Positions 10,416 to 20,529 of a stretch of 64,000 bases of DNA are shown one piece after another (position 1 is the first letter of the stretch; the number at the start of each line of letters is the position of its first letter). The notes under the pieces were generated by a model that saw only the letters and a list, made by a program, of their open reading frames with translations, had not been told where the DNA came from and did not search any database. This DNA comes from Nitrospira sp. (lineage in GTDB: Bacteria > Nitrospirota > Nitrospiria > Nitrospirales > Nitrospiraceae): NCBI GenBank assembly GCA_016873515.1, contig VGXB01000003.1, positions 248-64,247 on the forward strand, given 5' to 3'. The translations under genes and the position numbers were made by a program.

Positions 10416-11064
10416 ACACACCCACAAGGGCCATCCCGGCGACGAATCCTCCAATATGCGCGAAGAAGGCCACCCCGCCGCCTGTGGCACCCACGCTCAT
10501 CCCTCCGCTGATCAACTGAGTGACAAACCACATGCCCAACACAATACCCGCTGCGACACGGGTCGTTCCCACCCCAGGCAATAAGACCAATACATGGGCA
10601 CGCGGGAATAGCAGTAGATAGGCTCCTAGCACGGCTGAAATGGCTCCGCTGGCGCCGACCATGGGGATGTGCGATGTCGGATCCGTCAGTGCATGGCTGA
10701 GAGAAGCCAGCACTCCGCACAGCACGTAAAAGACCACGTACTTGGCATGCCCTATGGCGTCTTCGATATTGTTACCGAAGATCCACAAGTACAGCATGTT
10801 CCCCAGTAAATGCATCCAGCCTCCATGCAGAAACATGCTGCTGAGCAACGTCAGAGCGGCTGGGAATGCCGGGAAGATTTCTTCAGAGAGAGAGCCGGCG
10901 CCAAATACCACAGCGGGGATGGCGCCATACTGAAACACAAAGACCTCATCGAGCTTCTCCGGCAGACTGTTCTGGTAGAGGAAGACACCGAAACATATCA
11001 CGATGAACACAATGGTCACGAACGGGAATCGTTCGGTGGGATTATCGTCATGAAGAGGGATCAC
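10357..11064 (-). CDS. Rhomboid-family intramembrane serine protease
   Basis: HLLGNM, GASGA (catalytic Ser), AHIGG (catalytic His), several TM helices. Confidence 0.92.
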   Translation of the reverse strand: MIPLHDDNPTERFPFVTIVFIVICFGVFLYQNSLPEKLDEVFVFQYGAIPAVVFGAGSLSEEIFPAFPAALTLLSSMFLHGGWMHLLGNMLYLWIFGNNIEDAIGHAKYVVFYVLCGVLASLSHALTDPTSHIPMVGASGAISAVLGAYLLLFPRAHVLVLLPGVGTTRVAAGIVLGMWFVTQLISGGMSVGATGGGVAFFAHIGGFVAGMALVGVFKRPEVPFFAPGHVRRREH

Positions 11065-11073
11065 GGTGAGGGC

Positions 11074-11949
11074 CTAAGGCGTCCGCCGGCGGTCGGTGAC
11101 CGCGCGCGGTAGCAACGGATTGGCGGGAAGCGTTCCATCAGCTCCCAAGGGAACTGAAAACCCAGCCGCGTGGGTATGCCCGCCTCCGCCGAACGATGAC
11201 GCGATCGCTCCGACGTCCGTGCCATCCTGGCAAGAGCGCATGCTGAAATACCGCCGCCCGTCGCGATCGTGCCAGATCACGCAGAAGGGATAATGGGGAG
11301 AGAGTCGCTCGCCGATCTGGCTCGTGAGGATGGCGCTTTGCACAGACGGAACGAGTTCGCCATGAAATTCCACTGTAGTGGCTTGCGCCGCGAGTTTGCC
11401 AACCAGCTCTCGTTCATAGCGAAGAATCGCATGGCCCTCTTGTTCGAGTTGGTTCTGGGAGAACTGATCCCAGAGTCTGAAGTCGAATGGGTACGACGCC
11501 AGCGCGGCGTTGATTTCCCGGCTTCCCGCCAAGGCCCATGTCCAGAGATCCTTGTCTTGAATATACCGGAGCAGCCAGGGCGGAGCGGTCCCGTGGGCCC
11601 ATTCCCAGCCGAGCACCGCTCCAGACTTTGTTTGATCGAAATAGGCATAAGACAATCCCTGTAATGCCTGTTCTGCTGTGATGTGATGGTCGAGGACAAG
11701 CAGTTCCTTGGCCTCCCTCGCGATGGTTTCCAGAATGGACCGCCCATAACTAAAATCGACGATGACGATGCGGCGATCTGCAAGGTCAGGCGGAGGCGGG
11801 TAACCGTGTTTCACTGGGACAAAGTGAGCATCGGGGAATTGTTTCCAAATGGCCCATGCGGCTCCAAATCCATCCATGCATTCGGCGTGATACAGCACGA
11901 TGTCCGGGGGATGATGAAACCGGCGTGCGTAGGGGGAATCGCTCATCAC
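11074..11949 (-). CDS. DHH/DHHA1-family phosphoesterase
   Basis: YHAECMDG, IVDFS, LDHH, IQDKDLW and C-terminal GGGGH motifs. Confidence 0.85.
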   Translation of the reverse strand: MMSDSPYARRFHHPPDIVLYHAECMDGFGAAWAIWKQFPDAHFVPVKHGYPPPPDLADRRIVIVDFSYGRSILETIAREAKELLVLDHHITAEQALQGLSYAYFDQTKSGAVLGWEWAHGTAPPWLLRYIQDKDLWTWALAGSREINAALASYPFDFRLWDQFSQNQLEQEGHAILRYERELVGKLAAQATTVEFHGELVPSVQSAILTSQIGERLSPHYPFCVIWHDRDGRRYFSMRSCQDGTDVGAIASSFGGGGHTHAAGFSVPLGADGTLPANPLLPRAVTDRRRTP

Positions 11950-12041
11950 AGTATGAGGAGCATACCATGGTTGGAATGCCGACTAAAGAGCATTTCTCAC
12001 CCCCCACCGGTCAGAGCGGGCTGGCCGGGCACGAAGTGAGG

Positions 12042-13097
12042 TTACAGCTGATTCAGATAGTCAATCAATTGGCGGAGCCGACCGGCGCTTCGCCGGTTGA
12101 AATTGAATGCCAGCTAGGGGAGGTCCTGTAACGCGAATTTATCCAGCTCTTTGTCGAGCGAGCCGCGCAACTCAAACCGTCCATCGACCAGGAGATCGCT
12201 GAACCGTTCCTGGGTTCGCTCAAGCTGTTCGTCGGAGATCGGCGATTGCAGCCGCATCGCCAATTGCTGCTCGACGAATCGGATCGAGTGATAGCAGCGG
12301 TAGAAACGCAGGATATGGTCGACGGCTGCATCGGCTGAATTCATGATCGTGAAGAGACTGAGGCCTTCCTCATTGATCAGCTTCCGTTTCAAGAGCTGTT
12401 TGGTGATGAAAATCGCCCAGTCGTCTCAATAGTCACATCCCGGCGCCTGCAGGCAGACAATCGGCTGAGGGGCATTCTTCCCGATTTGCGTCAGCGTCAG
12501 AATCTCAAACCCTTCGTTATGTGTGTCGAAGCCTTCCGGAAACAGCGCGATGGCGTCGGTTTCTTTTTCGAACATCAATTTACGGGTAAAGAAATACTTG
12601 AACGTGATCAACTTGGGATCGTCAGCGATGACGGTGTTGGCTCCCTGTTCGAAAGGCAGCATAGTATTGACGTCGAAACTGTTTTCGCGTCAGGCCCTCT
12701 CCTGACTGGCGCGCATGATACCGTCAGCCCCTCTGGTGATGACCATGAACCCTCGTTGGACCGCGGCGTGCGCAAAACGGAATGCCAATTGGTAATTGGG
12801 TTCGTCTGAAGGCGTTCGCGTCGAACCAAAGATGCTGATCTCCCGGCAATCTCGATAGCCGTGAAAGACACTGAACGCATGGCGGAGTTCTTTTACCGCC
12901 CGATTCACGATGTTCACGTCCAGCAAATCAAGGCGCGTGTCATGAAGTTTGAGCACATCCGTCAACAGCTCCTTCATCAGGGCCACGTGCAGGTCGTCCT
13001 CCGGACTCTCGAGCCGTGTGCCGATCTGGTGCAGTATCTCTTCTTTCGACAAGAGGGGCAGCGGTCGAAGCGGCTGTACTTTACTGGACGCGTTCAT
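12042..13097 (-). pseudogene. LOG/TIGR00730-family Rossmann-fold nucleotide phosphoribohydrolase, inactivated
   Basis: One continuous frame with internal stops at 12690-12692 (TGA), 12426-12428 (TGA) and 12114-12116 (TAG); degenerate LOG motifs SIFGSTR, KYFFTRKLMF, FPEGFDT. Confidence 0.85.
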
Positions 13098-13185
13098 GGG
13101 TATCCTCTGGCCTCTGTTTGAGTTGGCGGAAAATTCTATCAATAGATTGCGGATTGATCAAAGAATCTTCAAGGATAGGCAGAGT

Positions 13186-13875
13186 CTAGTATAGATCGGA
13201 CGATGCGGGCGAATGCTGAAGTGCCCACGCTTTGATCGTTGACTGGTCCGTGGACGAGAGCTTGACGAATTGGATATCGATCGCGCCCGTAACAGTCCGA
13301 GAGGGCGTAGCGCCGCCACACCCGTAATCAGACACGACCCGGCCTCCGACCGTCAGTGGGCTTGCCAAAGAGGGGAGGGAAAAGTTTAGGATGACCGACG
13401 TGTCGAAGCGCAGCGAGGTTGAAGGCTCCACGAGTGCGCCGACATGGCTGATCTCGACGATCGTGGTGTGAAACTTGGATTCGGGCAGGTTTCCGTCCGT
13501 CGCTCGAAAAGTCACCGGGATATGAACGAGACAACGTTTCGAAGTAAGGATCAAATCTCGTGCTGTCAGGACACCGACCGGTTGTTCCTGCTTGGAGATG
13601 ATCAAGATCGGGGTGTCGTTCGTCATCATCGTCGAGGCGTCGTCCATCGCGCGATTGTATTCGATAAATTGGACCGGCCGTGTCATGATCGTGCGGACTT
13701 CGATATCGTCGGGCTCCAGATCTTGCACGATCACTTTCTTGACGATATCAGTCGGGGGTATGCGTCCGAAACTGGATTCCGTGTCCTTGACCAGCGAGCG
13801 GGGCGTCTGCTCCCGTTCCAACAGAGAAGCCGCTCGGTAACGGAGACATCTCTTTCGAAACAGCTGGGCCTCCAA
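13186..13875 (-). pseudogene. CBS-pair plus PilZ-domain protein, 5' end apparently frameshifted
   Basis: TDIVKKV...IMTRPV...VGVLTARD (CBS) then EISHVGALV (PilZ). DVSVTE and AASLLERE lie in different frames, implying a 1-nt loss near 13832. True start not located. Confidence 0.55.
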
Positions 13876-13936
13876 CCCCTGTGATGCACGCCAAGTATAG
13901 GAGAAGGTTTTTGGGGGTCATGATTTTGCCAAACCC

Positions 13937-13965
13937 TTGTCAGCCAACGGTTTCCAGAATAGAAT
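13937..13965 (+). promoter_or_regulatory. Sigma70-like promoter for the DUF692-dus-maf unit
   Basis: TTGTCA-17 nt-TAGAAT. Confidence 0.55.
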
Positions 13966-14000
13966 TGAGTCAAATATTGGCCTTGGGTGAGCGTATCTGA

Positions 14001-15494
14001 ATGGCTGCGCTGAATGTTGTGGAGCAGGCGTTTCTCCGTCGTCTTGAGCTGATCCAGGTTCATGGCCTCGGCCTCTCTGTCGACGTCTATTCGCCGGATC
14101 TTCCTGGCTTGCTCGGCGCACTGCGCCGTCGTCAAGTCCGACCGGCTTATCTGGAGGTGTTTCGCGCGGCTCCTGCCGCGCTGGCCATGGTCAGAAGCCA
14201 GGCCGGTGACGGCTTGCTGACGTATCATGGCGAAGGCTTGTGGCTGACTCAGCCAGATCTCGCCGACGATCCTGTATTCCCACAAGAGGTTTACGAGGTC
14301 GCTGGACATCTCCAGACACTGGATAGTGCTTGGTTGAATCACGAATGCGCGACGAAATCCATTGCAGGGTATTCGTTCGGGACCTATCTTCCTCCGCTGT
14401 ACACAGAGTCAAGCGCCGCCATGGTGGCTGAGAATACGCGGCTCGTGCAAGCACTGCTCGATCGTCATTGCCGTCTCTCACACGGGGGGGCACCCTTGGT
14501 CTTGCTGGAAATGCCTCCGCTCACCTACTTTATCGCGGGGACAATTGATGTTCCGATGTTTTTCCAACTGGTTGTCCGTAGTACTCCTTGTGGGCTCGTG
14601 CTGGATGTTGGCCATTTGTGGACTGTTTATCGGTATTCAGGCGCTTGGCAAGCGGTCTCGCTGGCGCAATTTGTGAAGACGTTCCTGGACAATTTCCCCA
14701 TGCAGCGAGTAGTCGAGATTCATGTGGCGGGGCTTGCCCCTCACGAATCGAGTCCGGCCGCTCAGCCAAAGCTGTCCAAGAGGACCGGTGATGGATTTCT
14801 GCCGGCGTGGACCGATGCGCATGCGGCTCCCATCCCACCGGTGCTCTTCGAAATGCTTGATCAGATTATGAGTCATCCGGGCTTGACCAGTCTGCGAGGC
14901 CTCGCCTTGGAAGTCGACACCAAGCCGATTGAATTGATCGTCGAGGAATTTGTCAGATTTGCCGAGCGCTATCGAATGGTTCCGTTTCCAGAAACAGTCC
15001 TCCCTGTGGCCTCCGACGACCAGGTAACTTGGCTGCCGGAGGAGAAACGGCTGCCCGGTGCGGTCGTGCGCAGGTTAGAGGAGGCCTATGATCGATATGC
15101 CCGCGTGGCGGTCGGCCGAGCCGATCCTGTGGGAACGGAATGGACACACCCCACCGCCTGCGCCGATGAGCTTGACCGGTATCGGTCCAGCTATCTTCCC
15201 TATGAGATTCTTCACTGGGGTGGCGATGTAGAATCGATGTTCCCAGAATCGTGCCGCCGGCTGGCCGGGCACGGGGTGCCGCTCTCACGATTTGTGCCTT
15301 TTTGGTTTAGCCGGTCGCGGCTGCGGTCGCCGTCCTATGACTTTTTTCTGGTGAAGATCGAGCGATTTATCGAATTCGTCCAGGAAGAAGCATCAGAATT
15401 GTCTGGTATCGCCCAACAAGAAGCGGACGAACTCAGAGGGGCGTATGAGGTTGCCAACGCGCCGCCGATCCAGACTATGAGTGAACACTCATGA
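14001..15494 (+). CDS. DUF692 family (MNIO; MbnB/TglH/ChrH-like) TIM-barrel metalloenzyme with a C-terminal extension
   Basis: GLGLS, YHGEGL, WLNHEC, LLEMP, LDVGH, EIHVAG, DAH and LEVD occur in DUF692 order; 497 aa versus roughly 280 aa typical. Confidence 0.8.
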   Translation: MAALNVVEQAFLRRLELIQVHGLGLSVDVYSPDLPGLLGALRRRQVRPAYLEVFRAAPAALAMVRSQAGDGLLTYHGEGLWLTQPDLADDPVFPQEVYEVAGHLQTLDSAWLNHECATKSIAGYSFGTYLPPLYTESSAAMVAENTRLVQALLDRHCRLSHGGAPLVLLEMPPLTYFIAGTIDVPMFFQLVVRSTPCGLVLDVGHLWTVYRYSGAWQAVSLAQFVKTFLDNFPMQRVVEIHVAGLAPHESSPAAQPKLSKRTGDGFLPAWTDAHAAPIPPVLFEMLDQIMSHPGLTSLRGLALEVDTKPIELIVEEFVRFAERYRMVPFPETVLPVASDDQVTWLPEEKRLPGAVVRRLEEAYDRYARVAVGRADPVGTEWTHPTACADELDRYRSSYLPYEILHWGGDVESMFPESCRRLAGHGVPLSRFVPFWFSRSRLRSPSYDFFLVKIERFIEFVQEEASELSGIAQQEADELRGAYEVANAPPIQTMSEHS

Positions 15495-16675
15495 GCTTTT
15501 GGCTGACCCTCCCTCGTCCGATCATTGGTCTGTCCCCGATGGACGGCGTCACCGACTCGAGTTTTCGTTCTGTGATCGCGAGGCAGGGCAAGCCCGATGT
15601 CACGTTCACGGAGTTTACGCACGTGCACGACATCTGCTATGGGCCAGAGAAATTGCTGGAAACCCTTGTCTACAGTGACATCGAACGTCCAATGGTGGCG
15701 CAACTCTACGGGAACGATCCAGCGTTGTTTTATCTGGCTGCGCATGCGGTCTGTGAGTTGGGATTCGATGGGTTGGATATCAACATGGGCTGTCCGTCCA
15801 AGAACGTTGCGGCCTCCGGATCGGGCGCCGGACTCATCAGAACGCCGGCTGTGGCCAGTGCGATCATGCAGGCCGCCAGGCATGGAATCGCTGATTGGGC
15901 CAGCGGGCATACGCTCGAGCAGGCTGGGTTCAAGCCAGCCAGGGTAGCGGCTTTTCGGCTGATCAATGAAGCGCGCGGCGAGGCCTATTCAACCGTGCGC
16001 CGTTCCATCCCCCTATCCGTCAAAACGCGACTTGGCTACGACTCGATCGTAGTGGAAAGCTGGATCGAGCATCTGTTGACAGAGCGGCCGGCGGTGATCT
16101 CACTTCATGGCCGGACGCTTCGGCAGATGTACCGCGGCGAGGCCGATTGGTCTGCCATTGCACGGGCCGCGGCCTTGGCGAAGGGGACAGAGACGTTACT
16201 ATGTGGGAACGGAGATCTTCACAGCCTGGATGAGGTGGTCGCACGGGTCCGCGAAACCGGTGTGGACGGTGTGTTAGTGGGGCGTGCCGTGCTCGGTGCT
16301 CCGTGGTTTTTCCGCACGAAAGAGCAGGTCCGTGTGCGCGCCTGTGAGACGAACAGATCTTGTCTCGACGTTTGTTCTGGAGTTGCCATCTCGCTCGACC
16401 AACGGTTTGCGGTGCTGTTGGATCATGCCCGACAATTTGAGGCGCTCTGCGGCCAGCGGCAATTCCATCGGATGCGCAAACACCTGGGCTGGTATTGCAA
16501 GGGATTTCCCCATGCCGCCGCGCTGCGCACACGGATGTTTCGTGTGTCTTCAGTGAGTGAGATTGAAACCTTGCTTGACGAATATCGAACCCAACGAATT
16601 CTGGACTCGACTGAAGCTGAATCGATCGACAACAGGGATGAGAGCGAACCGATGCCGGCGTCACGATGCAGTTAG
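15491..16675 (+). CDS. dus: tRNA-dihydrouridine synthase (DusB-like)
   Basis: SPMDGVTD, DINMGCP, SVKTRLG, LHGRT, GNGD, GVLVGR, MRKHLGWY; ~45-aa insertion before SVK. Confidence 0.9.
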   Translation: MSFWLTLPRPIIGLSPMDGVTDSSFRSVIARQGKPDVTFTEFTHVHDICYGPEKLLETLVYSDIERPMVAQLYGNDPALFYLAAHAVCELGFDGLDINMGCPSKNVAASGSGAGLIRTPAVASAIMQAARHGIADWASGHTLEQAGFKPARVAAFRLINEARGEAYSTVRRSIPLSVKTRLGYDSIVVESWIEHLLTERPAVISLHGRTLRQMYRGEADWSAIARAAALAKGTETLLCGNGDLHSLDEVVARVRETGVDGVLVGRAVLGAPWFFRTKEQVRVRACETNRSCLDVCSGVAISLDQRFAVLLDHARQFEALCGQRQFHRMRKHLGWYCKGFPHAAALRTRMFRVSSVSEIETLLDEYRTQRILDSTEAESIDNRDESEPMPASRCS

Positions 16676-17298
16676 TCCTGGCGTCCACGTCGCCTCGCCG
16701 CCGTGAGCTGCTTGCGCTCCTGGACGTGTCCTTCCAGGTTGTCCCTCCGTCATGTGAAGAACACCCGCTAGTGGGCCTGTCGCCCCGCGAGCAAGTCGAA
16801 CGCTTTGCACTCGAGAAGGCTCGTTCCATTGCGAACGGGAGGCCGAGCGATCTCGTGTTGGGCAGTGACACCGTGATCGAGTTGGACAGCTGTTTGTTGG
16901 GCAAGCCCCGTGATCTTGACGAGGCCCGTGATATGCTGACAGCTCTCGCTGGCCGGCCGCATGAGGTGCACACGGCAGTAGCCCTGTGCAGCCGGATACA
17001 AGCGGTTGAATCGGTCGAAGTGGCAACAGCCACGGTGTATATGTGTGCGGACGTCGATGGCTCGATCAAACGATATCTTGCCACCGGGGAATCGTTGGGC
17101 AAAGCCGGAGCCTATTCGATTCAAGGTTTGGGAGGAGACCTCATTAAGCGAATTGAGGGAGACTTCACAACTGTGGTGGGATTGCCGTTGACCGTCGTGG
17201 CTCGGCTACTCGAGTCCGTCGGGTATCCCGTTCCACGGAGTGTGGCGGAGATCTATCTGGGGAAACTCTATCCCAATTGGAGTCGATTTGCGCCCTGA
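16666..17298 (+). CDS. maf: Maf-family nucleoside triphosphate pyrophosphatase
   Basis: LASTSPRRRELL, GSDT, GKP, GKAGAYSIQG, VVGLP. Confidence 0.93.
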   Translation: MQLVLASTSPRRRELLALLDVSFQVVPPSCEEHPLVGLSPREQVERFALEKARSIANGRPSDLVLGSDTVIELDSCLLGKPRDLDEARDMLTALAGRPHEVHTAVALCSRIQAVESVEVATATVYMCADVDGSIKRYLATGESLGKAGAYSIQGLGGDLIKRIEGDFTTVVGLPLTVVARLLESVGYPVPRSVAEIYLGKLYPNWSRFAP

Positions 17299-17401
17299 CG
17301 TCTGATTGCATCACGCGTGCTGTTCTCCTACAATGCGTCCGGTGCTTGCGTCTGCGTTCATGTGCACGCAGAAAGAATGGCCGGATTCGGAAAAGGAAGA
17401 T

Positions 17402-18055
17402 ATGGCGCTGCACAAAAAAACTGTCTCGTGGGCCGCTCTCGGCCTGATTGGCATGATAACGGTTGGGATTGAGACGGCGCGAGCCATCGATGTGAAATTA
17501 TCCGCCGACGAGGCTCAAAAGTCACTGGAGGCCGGGCGCGTTCCCATGGAGAAAGCCACGCTTCCCGATGAAATCAAAAAGGTGCTCCAACAGGCATCCT
17601 TGGCTGCTCGTGTGGGCGCCGATCCTGAGAAAGATCCGTGCGGTGCCAGTGCGATCCTGCGCACCAAGCGGTATCGCCTGGAAGCATTCGGTCGTCAAGA
17701 AGCCGTGGAATCAAAGAAACGCAAGATTGACGTACGCATGCCGGAAGAGTTTATCAAGAAAGTGATGGACATGCCCAATATGGAGGTCGAGGTCCAGCTC
17801 TGCGGCGAGGATGAGTATTTTGCCGAGGGGATCGTCATCGAATTGCAGCAAGGATCGAAGCGCATCAAGCCGATCGATATCGGCAAAGCTGACCGAGGAC
17901 GAAAAAACGAAGGCAACGGTCCGGCCTTCCGTTCTCGGTTCATCGCACTCTTTGCCTACGAGCAGTTTGATCCGATGGCCAAATCCATGTTCGTCGTGAA
18001 TCTGCAAGATGGGCAGGAGGCTAGAATCTCTGCTGACTTCTCGAAACTGAAATAA
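17402..18055 (+). CDS. Exported hypothetical protein
   Basis: SD AAGGA; signal peptide MALHKK...TARA; two Cys (DPCG, QLCG). Confidence 0.75.
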   Translation: MALHKKTVSWAALGLIGMITVGIETARAIDVKLSADEAQKSLEAGRVPMEKATLPDEIKKVLQQASLAARVGADPEKDPCGASAILRTKRYRLEAFGRQEAVESKKRKIDVRMPEEFIKKVMDMPNMEVEVQLCGEDEYFAEGIVIELQQGSKRIKPIDIGKADRGRKNEGNGPAFRSRFIALFAYEQFDPMAKSMFVVNLQDGQEARISADFSKLK

Positions 18056-18333
18056 TCTTGAGATCCGCTCAAGTCTTCACACCGTCAGTCTCACACGTTC
18101 AGTAACACACACTTAACGATCCCGTTCTTGACACTATCCCAGCCCGTTGTTTTGTATTTGTATATTCGTATCAGGGTGTCAAGGGGTTGTTGCGCAAGCG
18201 TTAGGTAATCATTATGGGCAGGGTAACTTCTTAAGAACGTTGGGAGAAACGGCACACAAACAGAGCTCATTCAGAAGGTCGAATACTCCTTTCTCATGAG
18301 AATTGGTGGGCAAGCAGGTACCATTCCAACCGC

Positions 18334-18551
18334 TCATTTGTTGTTGAGTACGCGAGATCCATCAAGTCGCTTGAACCATGCTTGCCCCGTGTACGTCCCA
18401 TGTCCTAACCACGCGGCTGGCTGATTCTGCGTTCGCGGAATCCAGCCTTGATACAACCGCTAGCGTGGAGAGAGGTGCATCTCCATAAGCGCCTGCTGCA
18501 CGGGAATAGCGAGGTGCGAAATGTTCGGACGTTATAGTCATTCAGAATCAT
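18334..18551 (-). other. Possible small ORF or eroded gene
   Basis: AGGAGG 7 nt before ATG 18551 opens a 48-aa ORF (stop 18405); a shifted frame reads QQALMEMHLSPR*RLYQGWIP...WFKRLDG to 18334. Confidence 0.3.
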
Positions 18552-18693
18552 TACCTATCCCTCCTGAGTAGCACAGATGGTGACAATGATGACGATCATG
18601 CATTAAGGGCGAATTACATGAAAATTACAGGGAAACAAACATTCCCATTGCGAAGATGTAGAAAGCGTAGGAACAATAGAGCGAGCGATCCTG

Positions 18694-20433
18694 CTACGCG
18701 ACAGACTCGTTGAGTCGAATTGTATAGAGGTAGTGATACAAGCCGGTGCGCTCCATCAATTGCGCATGTGTGCCTTCTTCCACCAGCTTACCTTTGTCTA
18801 GCACTAGGATGCGGTCGGCGCGTTGAATGGTCGAGAGCCGGTGGGCGACCACGAAGGTCGTCCGTCCTTTCATCAGGCGATCCAGGGCGTCTTGTACCAG
18901 TCGTTCCGATTCGGTGTCGAGGGATGACGTGGCTTCATCCAACAGCAAGATTCGCGGGTTCTTGAGAATCGCTCGCGCGATTGCAATGCGTTGACGTTGT
19001 CCGCCTGACAGATTGATCCCTTTTTCGCCGACAACTGTGCGATAGCCGTCGGGAAGACCTGTAATGAAGTCATGGGCATGCGCGGCCTTGGCGGCTTCCT
19101 GCACCGACGTGTCATCCGCATCAGGATTCCCATAATGGATGTTGTCAAGAATAGTTCCACCGAAGAGCATGGTTTCTTGGGGCACGAGCGCCAGCTGCCG
19201 ATACCAACTTTCGACGTTCAGCTGATGCAGATCCTTGCCGTCGATGGTCAGACGCCCTTCGGTGGGATCATAGAACCGGTGCAACAGATTGATCACGGTT
19301 GTCTTGCCTGCTCCCGTTGGGCCAACTAGGGCGACAACCTCGCCGGGCTTGGCCTTGAAGGACAGGTGCGAGAGAACAGGGTGGCGAGGGTCGTACGAGA
19401 AGGAGACGTCTTCGAAGTGCACGGCGCCGTTGACCGATGAGACAACGTTTGCACCGGGCTGATCGTGGATGTCCGGTTTCACGTCAAGAATCTCAAACAC
19501 CCGCTGCATTGCGCCTTGAGCTTCTTTGATTTGTGCAAAGACGCGGGCCCCTGAGCTGAAAGGGCCAATCAGAATGCCGGCAAATAGCACGAAGGCAAAC
19601 AGATCGCCAGGGGTGACAGTACCGTCGATGACTTGCCGGCCCCCATACCACATGACGGCGGCGGCAGCTGAAAACGTGAGCAGGCTGATGGTGGGGATAA
19701 ACAGGGCCATGATCCCTGCGCGTCGCATGGTAAGTTGCAGAGTGCGGTCGACCTGGGCCGAGAAGCGTGTCTCTTCCCGTTTGGTCTGGACGAACGATTT
19801 GACGATGCGGATGCCGGAGATCACTTCCTCAGCCAGTGTGCTGAGGGCGGCGGTATGGTCCTGCATAGACGTGGAGAGTGCTTTGAGCTTGCGCCCGAAC
19901 AGTTTCGCGACCAGCACCAGCACGGGCAGAAGGAGCAGGATTAAGAGGCAGAGCCGCCAATTCATGGTGAGGAGAAAGGCGATGCCTCCCACGAAAGTCA
20001 CAAGCTGTTTGGCGCTGTCGATGGGGGTTTCTGTCACGACGGTTTGGATGACGGTCACGTCGCTCATCAGGCGCGAGAGCAATTCGCCGGTGCGGCGGCG
20101 CGCGAAAAACCGGAGATCGAGAGTCTGCAAGTGGGTGAAGAGGTGCCGGCGAAAATCGGCGACGATTCGCTGGGAGACCCAGGCCGTCAGATAACTATGG
20201 CCCATTGAACAAAGACCTTGCAGCAGCACGAGTCCCATAAAGACCGCGATCAGCTCTGTCATCTGCTCGGCATCGTGACGCACGGTGATGACATCCCAAA
20301 GGAGCCCGGCCAGGCGGAGCAGGGCAAGGTTGACCGCCGCCACACCCATGACCAACAGCCCGGCTGCAATCATGCGTGGCACATACGGCCGCACGAATGG
20401 CAAGAAACGTCTGAACATCAGCATGGCGGACAA
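18694..20433 (-). CDS. MsbA-like ABC exporter (fused TMD and NBD)
   Basis: Six-TM region, GPTGAGKTT, LSGGQRQRIAIARA, LLDEATS, AHRLSTI. Confidence 0.92.
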   Translation of the reverse strand: MSAMLMFRRFLPFVRPYVPRMIAAGLLVMGVAAVNLALLRLAGLLWDVITVRHDAEQMTELIAVFMGLVLLQGLCSMGHSYLTAWVSQRIVADFRRHLFTHLQTLDLRFFARRRTGELLSRLMSDVTVIQTVVTETPIDSAKQLVTFVGGIAFLLTMNWRLCLLILLLLPVLVLVAKLFGRKLKALSTSMQDHTAALSTLAEEVISGIRIVKSFVQTKREETRFSAQVDRTLQLTMRRAGIMALFIPTISLLTFSAAAAVMWYGGRQVIDGTVTPGDLFAFVLFAGILIGPFSSGARVFAQIKEAQGAMQRVFEILDVKPDIHDQPGANVVSSVNGAVHFEDVSFSYDPRHPVLSHLSFKAKPGEVVALVGPTGAGKTTVINLLHRFYDPTEGRLTIDGKDLHQLNVESWYRQLALVPQETMLFGGTILDNIHYGNPDADDTSVQEAAKAAHAHDFITGLPDGYRTVVGEKGINLSGGQRQRIAIARAILKNPRILLLDEATSSLDTESERLVQDALDRLMKGRTTFVVAHRLSTIQRADRILVLDKGKLVEEGTHAQLMERTGLYHYLYTIRLNESVA

Positions 20434-20529
20434 CAGCGGGTGGTGACAGATTGGTGTGAATGTTTGGTTGACGGGGGCATGCGATAGCGAACGCTGGACG
20501 CAGCACAGACGGGAGCGGTCATTGGTGGA

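Noticed and set aside
12042-13097. Stop-codon reassignment or selenocysteine/pyrrolysine readthrough to explain in-frame stops
   Set aside because: Stops are mixed TGA, TAG and TAA, appear to replace different residues, co-occur with frameshifts elsewhere, and intact genes end normally with all three stops.
13920-14000. 26-aa Cys-containing ORF (MILPNPCQPT...) abutting the DUF692 start, as a RiPP precursor
   Set aside because: The best promoter (13937-13965) lies inside it, so its ATG would not be transcribed; weak SD and no precursor-like repeats or leader.
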